24,631 nucleotides of DNA. It comes from Ginkgo biloba (taxonomy: Eukaryota > Plantae > Ginkgophyta). The stretch spans positions 41,354,063-41,378,693 of the forward strand of contig JANKJI020000004.1 in NCBI GenBank assembly GCA_024626585.2. Direction: 5' to 3'. Below, one piece after another: positions 11,317 to 22,945 of this stretch. Position 1 is the stretch's first letter. The number at the start of each line of letters is the position of its first letter. Position numbers and translations under genes: made by a program. Under the pieces are notes generated by a model. It saw only the letters and a list, made by a program, of their open reading frames with translations. It did no database searches and had not been told where the DNA came from.

Positions 11317-12278
11317 TAATGTTCCCACTTGGTAGTTTGAGTATTTTCACTATTATGTAGAAGCATGATTGAAAATCCAAGGGGGTAATTTACTTTCTTG
11401 AACCTATGTACTCTCTATGCATTAGAATTCTTTCTATCAGTCAAATTGTATGGTAAAAAGGATATCTATATGATGAATTTCTATAGTACCATGTAAGTAG
11501 ATGTGATTATAGAGAATATTATGGAAATCCATTCTCCTCAAGTGTGTGGTTATATGAAATGGTGTTAGTATAGTGAAAAAATACAATGAAGTATGCATAA
11601 ATATGATGCGACCTACAACATGAAAAGAATAAAAACCAAGAATTTAAAGTGTTATTTTCTTGCATATTATCTTAGAATCTGACTCATACTTTTTATATAA
11701 ACTACCAAATCATCTATAAGATACCCTAAATGATATGCCATGAACTTATGGAGATTTAAAATATAAGATCTATCACCATAAGACTAGATTCCAAAATAAA
11801 TCAAAGTCATAAAACATTCACAAAGATTTTGGATAAATAACCAAAATCTCTTAATTACACTTGAAAATTACAATTCAATAATACAATATCAATAAGTGTG
11901 CATGACTAGGAACCCAAGGTCCTTTTATGATATGAGTCTTGGTTATGATTAGTAAATTATCTTGGGTAATATTCCATGCAATATTTCCACTAAGCTATAA
12001 TAACCTCGTAATATTTAGTCAATGAATATCAAAGGCCATGTTAATAATATTAATATTCCTTTTCACATATATTAACTATACTTAGCTTTTAGCTAATTTA
12101 ATAAAGATACTTCATTACCTCATAGCTAATAAATAAATAATAGAGATATGATATGGAAAGAGAAAGACCTAATATAGTGAAAAATATTTAATGAATTCCC
12201 CTTTGTCATAGCCTCCTCAAAAACCTTAGACCCTATGGAACCATATCCTAGTAACCTTCTAGTTAGGATGGCACATCA
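11317..12278 (-). repeat. 3' LTR of element C (962 bp)
   Basis: Colinear with 13830-14786 (91/105 identical over 11326-11430 by hand count). Plus-strand ends taatgt...acatca. Confidence 0.93.
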
Positions 12279-12290
12279 CTTCCTTCCCTC
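12279..12290 (-). promoter_or_regulatory. Polypurine tract of element C
   Basis: Minus strand gagggaaggaag directly abutting the LTR TGATGT. Confidence 0.88.
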
Positions 12291-12479
12291 TTGGGAAGTA
12301 ATGGACCCCATTTCTTGATCCATACAATGTGAATCTTCTTTCCACATCTTGTCCAAATTAAATATAGGAACTTTGATCCTTCAAATAAGGAATGATTATA
12401 TATTAACTATGATAAGTCTAATCCCTCCAAAAATTAATGATTATTAATGGGCCTAGTCCATAATTAGTTAATCATCCTT

Positions 12480-12950
12480 TCCCTTTGTCATCAAAATAAA
12501 CTTCCTAAAAGCTTGTATCACTCTCTTATATTCCACACTATAAGCTAAAGCAATTGACTTATAAATTGGAACCATTATGAGAATGAAAGGTTTTTCATCC
12601 TTATCTATATCACACTTCCCCAAATAATGAATGATTATTTATTTCCTAGCAATCATGAATGGTATTCCAAATAAGATACTAGTGAAATCCATAGGCACTA
12701 CATCATAAATTACTTTATCAATATAATCCTTTGTGATTACAAATTTAAAAGTATAATTATGTGTAACTTGATCACTCTTATCTCTATTTATTCCATTGAT
12801 ATCATATGGGATAGGGAACTCCTTAAGGTCTAGACCCAAATCCTCGACAAAACTATCCAAAACTAAGTTATTTTAGCTCCCACCATCAAGAATAGTTTAA
12901 ATCACTTTGTTATTCACCTACATATGCAATGTAAAAAGACTCTCCCTACG
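12480..12950 (-). pseudogene. Aspartic protease remnant of element C
   Basis: RESLFTLHM*VNNKVI*TILDGGS*NNLV (DGGS 12876-12887), continuing into ORF 12639-12860 ..PIPY..YIDKVIYDVVPMD..ILFGIPF. Confidence 0.88.
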
Positions 12951-13094
12951 AATTTTAGTTTCCTTTGTATTGATAATAAATATTATTATGTCTGGATCAT
13001 CCGAAGTGAAAATTAATTCTATCAATTTCTTCTTATCATGCTTCTACTGATGTAATTATTTTGGTGCTTCTATTGATGTAATGATTTTGGTGCC

Positions 13095-13530
13095 TTATCT
13101 AGATGAATCTTCCAAAAATTATCTTTTTCATATCCCTTCTTTCCATAATATGAACATTTTTCTATCCATCTGGACTCTTCTTCCATTTAGAACCTTTCTT
13201 ATTCGTAGACCCCTTCTTCCTCTTACTTGAAGAAGATCTATAAGAACTATATGAGGATGTGGATGAAATATCTGAAATAAGATAAACCTTCCTCTTAGGC
13301 TTTCCCTTAAAACCTATTGAATATTTTATCATTTCTTCTATCTGAGAAGAAATCCTAAATACCTCTTGTAAACTAAGCAAAGGAAACATTTCTAATTCAT
13401 ACCTAATATACCCATGTAGACCTCCAATAAACTTGAGTATCATTTTATCATTATTTTCCTTAATATCTAACATAATTATTAGGTCTTGATAGTCCTCATA
13501 AAATTCCTCTAGACTTTTTCTAGTAATCTA
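13095..13530 (-). pseudogene. gag: C-terminal gag remnant of element C with decayed zinc knuckle
   Basis: KSLEEFYEDYQDL..ILKFIGGLHGYIRYEL (ORF 13162-13473), then KCSYYGKKGYEKDNFWKIH, which is CX2CX4HX4C with three ligands mutated. Confidence 0.85.
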
Positions 13531-13660
13531 GCTTACTATAAACAAACCAAATAATGTGCCCATAAGAGGAGTATGGATAAATAAAAAAGTCATAACCTTG
13601 TTTTAATACCAATTAATATTCCAATAAATAAATTGGTATACTCTTTAGAATTAATCTTAA

Positions 13661-13672
13661 GCTCTAATACCA
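13661..13672 (-). promoter_or_regulatory. PBS (tRNA-iMet) of element C; repeated at 13816-13827 by contig overlap
   Basis: Minus strand tggtattagagc, 11/12 match to TGGTATCAGAGC, 2 nt from the LTR end. Confidence 0.9.
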
Positions 13673-13714
13673 AATGATATACCACTTGATAGTTGGAGGA
13701 TTTTCACTAGTATG

Positions 13715-13814
13715 NNNNNNNNNNNNNNNNNNNNNNNNNNNNNNNNNNNNNNNNNNNNNNNNNNNNNNNNNNNNNNNNNNNNNNNNNNNNNNNNNNNNNN
13801 NNNNNNNNNNNNNN
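13715..13814. other. Assembly gap (100 N) with overlapping flanks
   Basis: 13660-13714 is identical to 13815-13869. Confidence 0.98.
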
Positions 13815-13829
13815 AGCTCTAATACCAAA

Positions 13830-14786
13830 TGATATACCACTTGATAGTTGGAGGATTTTCACTAGTATGCAAAAATGTGATTGAAAATCCATGGGGGTAA
13901 TCTACTTTCTTGAACCTTTGTACTCTGTATGCACTAGAATTCCTTCTATTATTCAAATTGTATGGTTAAAATTATCTATATATAGAATATTTAGTTAGTA
14001 CCATGTAATTTCATGAAGTTATAAAGAATACCATGTAATGAGCACTCCTAAAGCATGCAGTTACATGATACCATGTTAGTGTGGGGAAAAAACACCATGA
14101 AGTGCATATAAATATGGTGTGACCTTTAACACATTAAAAAAATAAATTGAGAAGATGAATAACTATGTTCTGGCATGTGGCCTAAGACTAAGACTCATAA
14201 TTATCCTACAAACTTTCCAAATCACCTGCAAGATACCCTAGATATGTAATGCATTTATGGAGATTTGTAATATAAGATGTATCACCATCAAACTAGATTC
14301 CAAGATAAATCAAAGACATAAACCATTCACAAATCTTTTGAAAAAATAACCAAACTCTCATAATTCCACTTGTAAATTATAATTCAAGAATATAAGATCA
14401 AGAAGTATGCATGAGGATGAACCCAAAGTCCTTTTATGAGAGGATTCTTAGTTATAATTAATAGATTCCCTTGGGTATTATTCCATCCAATATTTCCACT
14501 AACCTCTAATAACCTCAAAATATTTATTCAATGAATATTAAAGGCCATATTAATAATAGTAATATGCCTTTGCACATACATTAACTAGAATTATCTTTTA
14601 TGTAATTTAATAAAAATACTATATTAACTCATAAATAATAAAGTAATAAGAGATACACGAGCTAGGAAGAGAAAGATCCAGTATAGTAAAAATAATTCAA
14701 TTAATTCCCCTTAGTCATAGCCTCCTAAAAAATATTAGACCCATGGAATCATATTATATCCCTCTCCTAGTTAGGATGGCACATCA
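13830..14786 (-). repeat. 5' LTR of element C (957 bp)
   Basis: Plus-strand tgatat...acatca, adjacent to the PBS and homologous to 11317-12278. Confidence 0.93.
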
Positions 14787-15489
14787 TATTCCTCATTATC
14801 AAGAACATAAGGGTAGTATCAAATATGGATAGGATAAGACTTAGTATATACAATAGTATATAGATTAAATATAGATGTAGAAGATATAAGGTTATTTACC
14901 TTAGTGTTTTGATCTCATAGGATAAAGATATTTTAAAGGTGTTAAAATATTTAATAAGGTATCATACAACTCTTGATATTTATTGAGAAAATTTGTATTG
15001 ACATGATAATATTATTCATTTGTAAAATCACTAGATCATTAATTCCAAATACTTGGAGACTCATCAAATTTAATTCTAGAGCCTTTTTTTCGACCAATAA
15101 TTAAGGATTTATATTTGGATAAATTATTTATTTAATAGAATTTAAGTTTGATACTAAAATAAAAGAATAATTATAGTTCTTTTATAAGGACAAACCTATT
15201 CCAAATGTTTCTCTAATTCCTAGCACTATCAAAAGTCATTTTTCACAAGTTATTTGTGGCTTCTTGGTTGATAGATAGGGTAAAATATTTAATCTATAAT
15301 TAATCAAATAAAGAATAGATTCCAATACAATATTAATAAATAATGAATCATCCTCCTCCTCCTTTAAATATTATTAAGAACAGAGCGAAATGGATGAGTC
15401 TTGTGAAATTCTTGATCAATAGTTTGAACTAACCCATGGTATGGAATAGTGAGAATGTTGTGATGTATGATAATATTGACTTTGTAGTA

Positions 15490-18400
15490 TTTTTTTTATA
15501 TTTAAAGTGGATTGTATTACCTTTATTCAAAATATTATATCAATCTAAGGAGAAATCCTCAAAATAGAACAGTCTAAGAGAAATCCTTAATTAATTAGAA
15601 TAACTCACTAGTAGAAGCAAAACCAATAACTCACTTTAATTAGAATTTATGAAATATGTTACCTTATGACCTTCATTGAGAGTAGATATCCGAAGTACAC
15701 TTTGTGTAATATTCATCTCTTATGATCCTTAAGATTAAGTTGAACTTCTAGAATTTCACCAGAGAAAGAGATTAAGAAGACTAGTTTCTCTTATCTAAGG
15801 GTTAGAGATTGATATTATAGATTAAGTCCCTTAAATATGATTTTTTAATCTATGCATGGGATTGGTTTAGATTCATTTGTAGTATCTAATCTATGTTTAA
15901 CTCCCTTACATTAAAACAAGTCCAAGTCAGTATTGTCCAGATTGTATACAAGGCAGTTTTGAAGACCACCCACCATATGATCTATGAGTTGGGTTCATTA
16001 GGGAACCATTGAAATGTGCCTTCCCAAGACCTATTTACTAGAAAATTATGGATTAAATCAAGATTGTTATCTAGTAGGTAGACCTCCTATTCAATAAGGA
16101 ATATATCCAAAATTGGCTTCCATTATTTCCTGATGTTTGGACATTACCACCAAAGGTGGGTTAGATCCAATTGTACCCTCTTATATATCTAACAAATTAT
16201 GGGGCCAAAAAATACCCATATTTGAATTGTGTCTTTAAATAAAAATTCTTTATGATGAAAACTCAAATGCACATGGTTATTTTTATTTTTTCTATACTTC
16301 CACCAGATCCAATTCCACCTTACTAGGTAAGGTAAATCTCTTATAGTATTCATTCTCTCATGGATTTTTTCATAAAATTTACTTGGTTAAAATATAAATG
16401 TTATTTAACCATACATTATCCCATCCACTTTGGCCAACACTAAGTTCCCTAATTTTAAATCTATATGGTTTAATTCTTGATTTAGAGCATTTATTACACT
16501 TAGCAAATGGAGGTCCGCAAAACCATTCTCATCTACTACCAACGTAGATATTTTCTTCCATTTTTTATTTTCAAAGTTAAATAAATATTCTACATTTTAT
16601 AACCCCATTATTACACAATGTTCCCTAGTTTTATAGTATTCTAATCTTTGGAAAAAATGGGTATGCTCTGGCCCAACCCATTTGTCACTCTAGAAGTTTT
16701 TTTTCCTACTTTGATGCCTTAGTGAAGGAAATGTTTTTCCTACCACTTCCCCCTAATTATTTACTATAAGTATCCACATATCATATCATGTCCTTATTCG
16801 TTTATTACCCGTTAACATGTCCTCTCTAAGCATATCAAATTAATATTTACTTAAGAGTGATTCCTTCCACTTTATATTATCTTCTTGTAGGAAATCCTAG
16901 AACCTTTTCTCTCCTCTGACATCAAATAATAGATATAGTTCTCTTATTCTAATACCTTCTTTCTAAAATAGTGCCATCACCTTATCCCATCCTACTGGCC
17001 TATAGGTTTCCTTCTCTCCTATCTTAAGATACCAAACAAAATCCATAGCTATGCTTTTAAGGGCCTTTAATACCACCTTAGGGGAATGAATGAGTGATGC
17101 CTAATAATTAAGCTTGGGCCAATGTGTATTTGAAAAATTATTTTCCTTCCTTCTAGATTTAGGAACCTATGAGGCCATTTAAATAGTTTGACTTTGATAT
17201 TTTCCAAAAGAGGATTCCATTCATCCACTTTTATCTTTTGAATTCCCATTCGAATCCCCAAATAATTGAAAGGGCTATCATCTAGAGTCAATGATATTTG
17301 TATAAATTTATCTATATAAATATTTAATTATTCTTGAATACCTATTATTAGAAGGGGTTATTGTTGCTTATTTAATTCTCTTGTCCAACTTTTTCTATAT
17401 AGACTTTAAGAGATTGATCCCAAGAAATAACCTCAGTGAGGGAGGATTTCCTAATGAAAATTAGATCATCTACATAGAAATGGTGAGTAATGATTATACT
17501 TCTACCATATATTGAGTACCCCTCTACTAGTCTATTATGCTATAGCCATCATAGCATTATTGACAACCCTTCTTCTACTATTATAAATAATTTAGGTGAA
17601 AGAGACCATCCCTATGTAATTCCTCTTGATATTAGAAAGATTTTTGTTAGTATTATATTGATTATGAATTCCATGTTAGTTATATTTAAGAAGGCCACAA
17701 TCCATTTTAATTTTTTCTAAATAATGCCTTTTAGGTGCAACATTTATAAGAGGTAATCCCATTCCAATGTATCATAATCCTTGGAGGTGTTCACCTTTAA
17801 TATCATTAATCACTCCCTCTTAACTCTTTTTAGTTGCAATCACTCTCCTACCATCATGATACTATCTATTATTTTCCTTCCTTTGACAAATACAGATTAA
17901 CTATTATCAATCAACTCATTCATATAAGTTAACATTATGTTTGTTATAACCTTCTCCATGAGCTTATAGGAAATGTTACATAAACTTATTAGCCTCCAAT
18001 TCTTTATCATGGATTATTTTGAGTGCTTGGGGACCAATGAAACAACCATTTCTTTAACTATTAGATGTAGATATATAAAATGTTAAACCTCATCATAAAT
18101 CTAGACAAGGATTAAGAAAATCTATTCTTACATTTCCTTATAAAATTCTACTAAAAAGCAATTATGACCTGGAGACTTCCCATTATCCATTTTTTTAATA
18201 AATCTTGTGAGTTCCTCATTATGAACTTATTTTTTGGGTGGTGGCTCAATCCTATAGAATACTAACTTTATTTATCTAGATCTCACTATTTAAAGACTCC
18301 TTATTATCCAAACTTGTTTGAAATGCTTTATAAATTTTACCTCTACTTTCTCTTAGTTAAGAAAGAGACAACCATTTTTTGACATCAATAGAGTTATTGA

Positions 18401-18870
18401 TGCCATGTTATTTATCCTCTTAGATACATCATTAAATACTTTTGAATTTTTTTCCCTATGTTCCATCCACCTTATGTTTATAAGATGATTGTATTTTGAT
18501 TTTCCATCTTGCTTAATTTTTTTAAGTCTCTCTAATAGATTTTAAATATTCTCTTTAAGTTTATCATTCCTTCTTTCCTGGTCTATTATAATTTGGACTT
18601 GTTCTATATTTTGTATGATCCACCCCCTTTCTTCCCTTAGATTTGATGTTATATGTATTCCCCATTATTTTATATAATGTTTTAGATCCTTGAGAATTCT
18701 AACCCATTTTAGGGATGGGGATATATCCTCCTTATAGTTATCTTCCATCTCCTTCCACTTTACATGTATAATATTAAGAAACTCCTTATATTTTAGATAA
18801 GCTACCTTCATCTCAAAGGGAACATTTTTGTAGTGTAACCATGAATTATTGGTTTTTTATTAAAGCATAA
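15490..18870 (-). mobile_element. LINE copy 1: degenerate L1-clade ORF2 (linker, RT, C-terminal region), 3' UTR and short A tail
   Basis: KSPG (18167-18178), NWRLISLCNISYKL, SRGIT*GWSLSP, FYVDDL (YVDD 17465-17476), NYLGI, WNWIW (~16300) and WWVVFKTALYTIW (~15950). AATAAA at 15522-15527 and A8 at 15490-15497 on the minus strand. The 5' side is cut by a gap. Confidence 0.9.
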
Positions 18871-18970
18871 NNNNNNNNNNNNNNNNNNNNNNNNNNNNNN
18901 NNNNNNNNNNNNNNNNNNNNNNNNNNNNNNNNNNNNNNNNNNNNNNNNNNNNNNNNNNNNNNNNNNNNNN
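18871..18970. other. Assembly gap (100 N) between the two LINE remnants
   Basis: Run of N. Confidence 0.99.
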
Positions 18971-21900
18971 TTTTCTTTTGCTTAGATGAGTTAGTAAAAG
19001 ATTGCAGTCTATCTCTGAAATATTGAGATCTTTCCAGTCATGGAAGGATTTCCATGTATGGACCCTAAGTTCCTTAGTAACACCAGGATGAATTAACCTT
19101 TTACTAAGATTATCCAATATTATGAAGTTTTTTTATTCAAAGAGGAGCCTTAATTTCATTAGCTGGGGGGATTGCCTTAGGGGAGGGAAGCCTTTATAGG
19201 AATCCTGCCAAAAATTGATTAGAGAACCATTACCAACTTCCCATGAGGAGAATTTATAGATGACATCACTATCCATACATAGGTTGTTCTATAGGGAAGA
19301 CCCATTTGGGATATTAGTAAATATAACATCTATCTGAGAAGTGTGACCCATGTATTTGATAAGTAGTAAGGATTTCTAAAGGTCAATTTCATTAGTTATA
19401 ATCCTTTATAAGTGTTTTCCCCCCAAAGATTCATAGCATAAATTAAGTTTCCTTATTCCATATCCTCCTTTATATTTTAGAAGGATAACCTTAGTCCACT
19501 TGAGGAGGGGCAAGCTTATTATTTTTTCCCTCTATTCTAAAGGNNNNNNNNNNNNNNNNNNNNNNNNCAACAATTACTAAGGATAGAGAATTCATAATAG
19601 AGGAGGAAAAAATAGGCAAAGCAAAGAGAGTGATTTTTATGAGCATAATTTTTCCTTTTGGATTGATCCATTTAGAGGACCAAGTGAAGATTCACCTTCT
19701 GATTTTCTCAACCAGTTAGTACCAATCCTTGCTTATGAGGGTTTTGGGGTGGATGGTGATTCCCAAGTATTTAATCGCTGCTTTAGATTCCCTATGTTAA
19801 AATTTTAGAGTTTTATAATTTTTTTGTTAAAAGGATGGCGAGTAATTATAACAACACACATAGGATTCTCATTATGAATTAGGGCTCCTGAGGCTTCTAT
19901 GAAGGAATCTAGGATTTTTTTTAAGACCTTTGTTTCTGGGATACTAGCTTTATTTACCAGGATTATATCATCTATAAATTAAGAATGTGAAAGTTTGGGA
20001 GAAAGGGGAGTAACTTATGCTCTAGAAATATTTGTTATTTATTTCACATGGGAGATAAGTTAGCCAAGGGACTCTGCAAGAAGAATGTAGAGGGGAGGTA
20101 ACAAGGGGAATCCATGGTGAAGACCTATGGAGGCTTTGCAGAAGGATGTAGGTGACCCATTGACAAGGCTAGATAATGATAGTTTGGAGATGCAAGTAGA
20201 AACATAGTATACTAATGGGGATCCAAAACTAAATTTTGTTAAAACCTTAAAGTAGAAGGACCAATATACTTGATTGAAATCCTTTGCCATATATATCTTC
20301 ACTTCCATTAAATTTTGACCTAATATTCATCAGGAGTGAACAAGTTCATGGACTAAGAATACACTATTAAATATTTTCTTGCTTGGTAGGAATCCACCTT
20401 GTTCGACTAAGATGAGCACATGAAGCACCCTATTCAACCTATTAGCAATAACCTTTGCTATGATTTTATAGACAAAATTATATAGGGAGATCATTTTGAA
20501 TCTTTTAAAGTTTATGGGGTTAGAATATTTGGGAATCAGATCTAGGAAAGTGGTATTAAGTTCCCCAAGAAGCTTGCTACTTTTTTTGGATTCTTCCACA
20601 ATGCGCACAAGGTCCTTTTATATGATTCCCTAGGTGGATTGATAAAAATCTATTTAAAATCCATTTGATCCTGGGGATTTCCCATTTTCCATCTTATTTA
20701 GAGATTTTTCTAGTTCTTCACTTAATACCTTATTGGACAACTTATCATTTAGATGCTTCACATAATTTTTTAAAGGAGGCTTTATCCTAAAGAATATTAA
20801 AGCTACTGCTCTAGCTCTCGCTAGTGTAAGTTTCCTTGTTGTCCAAGTCTTCTTAAATAATTATAGTGCTTCAACCTCAATTTTATCCTCGTTAAGAAAC
20901 AATCACCCATTTTCATACCTCAATAAAGTTATTTAATTTTCATGCTTTCTCCTCTTAACTACCTCATTAAAAATTTTTGTGTTCTTATCGCTTTGAGTCA
21001 TCCACCTTATTTTGCTAGTGTTTATTTTTGGAGTTTTCATCTTGGTAAATTTATTGAAGCTTCTCTGATAGTGTTTGAATATGATATTTGATTTGATCAT
21101 CTATTCCCACCTTATCTACCTTGATTTGGACCTCTACTATATTTTATATGATCAACTCCCTCTCTTCCTTTAACTTTTTGTTCTAAGTCTACCCCATTCT
21201 TTTATGTAATTTTTTAAGCCTTTGAGGATTTTTACCCACCTGATGGATGGGGATATATCCTCCTTGTATATCTCTTATATATCTTTATACTTCTTATGTA
21301 TGAGAATGAGAAACTCCTTATCTTTTAAATAATCTACATTTAGTTTGAAGGGAACCTTTTTGGAATGTACCAAGCACTATATGTTGTTTCTTGAAGCATC
21401 ATGGGGCAATGATCTAATACTTTAGTAGCTATTATAGAAAATTAATAATATCATGATATCTTATACAAAATATGGGTTGATACATAGATTATGCCCAATA
21501 TTTTTTTAACTTCCTCTTGCCCTATCCTCTTATTACTCTAGGTTAATTATAATAACCCTTTCCAATAGCCCTATTCACATAAATGCAACTCCTTTAGGTT
21601 TGTAAATATTTATCTTTTGGATCTTCTTACTCTCTTTCTTATTCCCCCTTTTTATTAGCAATTATTTATACAAAATTAAATTCTCCAACCATAATTATCT
21701 TTTCCTCGAATAACTTATTCCTGACTATGCTATGGCCTACTTGAATCCAAAATTGGATTATTTCTTTAGGTTTGTTAGGCGCATATATTGTTATCAGAAT
21801 CTATTCTATCTTATATTTTATTTGAAATGAATGATAAGGACTCTCCCTTTATTTTCCTTATATATGGTATATACTATGATGTATCCTTTTCACATCACCA

Positions 21901-22129
21901 TGATCCCTATAGAAGTTGTTATTGAACAAGAAGATTCCCAAGAACATTTTGGACAAACACTCTTTTCTTCAATTTTAGCCTCCTTATGATTAGGAATTTG
22001 GGTTTTTGTGAAAATTATTATCTGTGTCTTATGAATTTTTATGACCCTTTCTATTTCTAATATTTCTCTATACCTATTTCATCCTAAGCCTCTCACATTC
22101 CATGAGAGGATTTTGGTTCTCCGTTGCAT
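18971..22129 (-). mobile_element. LINE copy 2: degenerate L1-clade ORF2 (AP endonuclease, linker, RT, post-RT region)
   Basis: ATG at 22129 gives MQRRTKILSWNVRGLG. Endonuclease motifs IYAPN, VGEFN, LDHCP (~21403-21417). KSPG 20669-20680, LNTTFLDLIPK, VNGSP..GLHHGFPL, FIDD 19967-19978, KYLGI, GGYGIRKL, WEVGNG..INFWQD. The 3' side is cut by a gap. Confidence 0.92.
19544..19567. other. Assembly gap (24 N) inside LINE copy 2
   Basis: Run of N. Confidence 0.99.
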
Positions 22130-22945
22130 GTCCTTTTACATTAAGAAATATAATTTGAGTTCCTTGAACCTCTGCTCTTAGATTTTCCTCATATTTCATC
22201 TTTCTTAGACATTAGTTGATGTGGGTGTGCAGACCCCACTTAATTTTATATCATTTTTTTACCTCTTTGATTTAGTTGTAGATGATGAATCATCTTTTTA
22301 ACCATTCTACCCTCTTTAATTTCCATATCTTGTGCTAAGACTTCAAATTTGATTAATCTTGTGAATGATACTTTCTCTTCTTCCTTAAATCTTTCTCATG
22401 ATGGAATGACTAAATTTTCATGAGTATTTTATACAAATCTATAATTATTTATAGATCCTTCATCCTCCACTATCTCTAACATTCTATGTAGGATACAGTG
22501 CACTTCTTGTTCTGGGAGTGATTGGGACCTTCATACACCCTTTAGAGATGTTATGTCACTTCCTCCTACTTTATTCTATCCTTTCTCTATCCTCTCTTTA
22601 TTTTCTCCAAATTGAGAACCTTTTCCTAGTCCTTCTTATTGATCTACATCCTTTGTATTCATTGATCCTATTATATCCCCAAGCTAATATGTATGGTATG
22701 GTAATTATATGATAACTATGATTAATTATATTTCTTAGATAAGAGATATATGGTAGACTATGTTTGCAAAGAATTATTATAATAGCATGTAGGATAGGAT
22801 TAAGGTTAAGGAAATCAATTTTAATTATATAATAGAAACAAAGATTCAGTCCTAACATGCAATTTGAATTTATCTTACTTTGATATTCTATGCCCTTTTT
22901 ATATTTTGGACTCAAGCGAGTCCCTTTACAATTTATTAGGATCAA
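22130..22945 (-). pseudogene. Probable decayed ORF1 / 5' region of LINE copy 2
   Basis: Lies directly upstream of ORF2 with the same purine-rich minus-strand bias. A possible decayed knuckle VYEGPNHSQNKKC at ~22500-22540. No clear domain match. Confidence 0.35.

Larger units (their letters stand above)
11317..14786 (-). mobile_element. Element C: internally deleted, non-autonomous Ty3/Gypsy element (LTR-PBS-partial gag-protease-pol tail-PPT-LTR)
   Basis: Two ~960-bp direct repeats, TSD TATTC at 11312-11316 and 14787-14791, PBS and PPT in the expected positions, internal region only ~1.4 kb. Confidence 0.93.

Noticed and set aside
15500-15900. RNase H domain at the C-terminus of LINE copy 1
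   Set aside because: No W.PP...K.N.DG-type motif is visible.
17490-17720. 76-aa plus-strand ORF
   Set aside because: Antisense to the RT of LINE copy 1.
8799-19117. ORFs containing X runs (8799-9029, 13707-13892, 18860-19117)
   Set aside because: Their length comes from reading through N gaps.
22518-22945. ORFs 22518-22712 (+) and 22598-22945 (-) as host genes
   Set aside because: Compositionally biased (I/N/Y/L-rich), with no domain or splice evidence, in the expected LINE ORF1 position.
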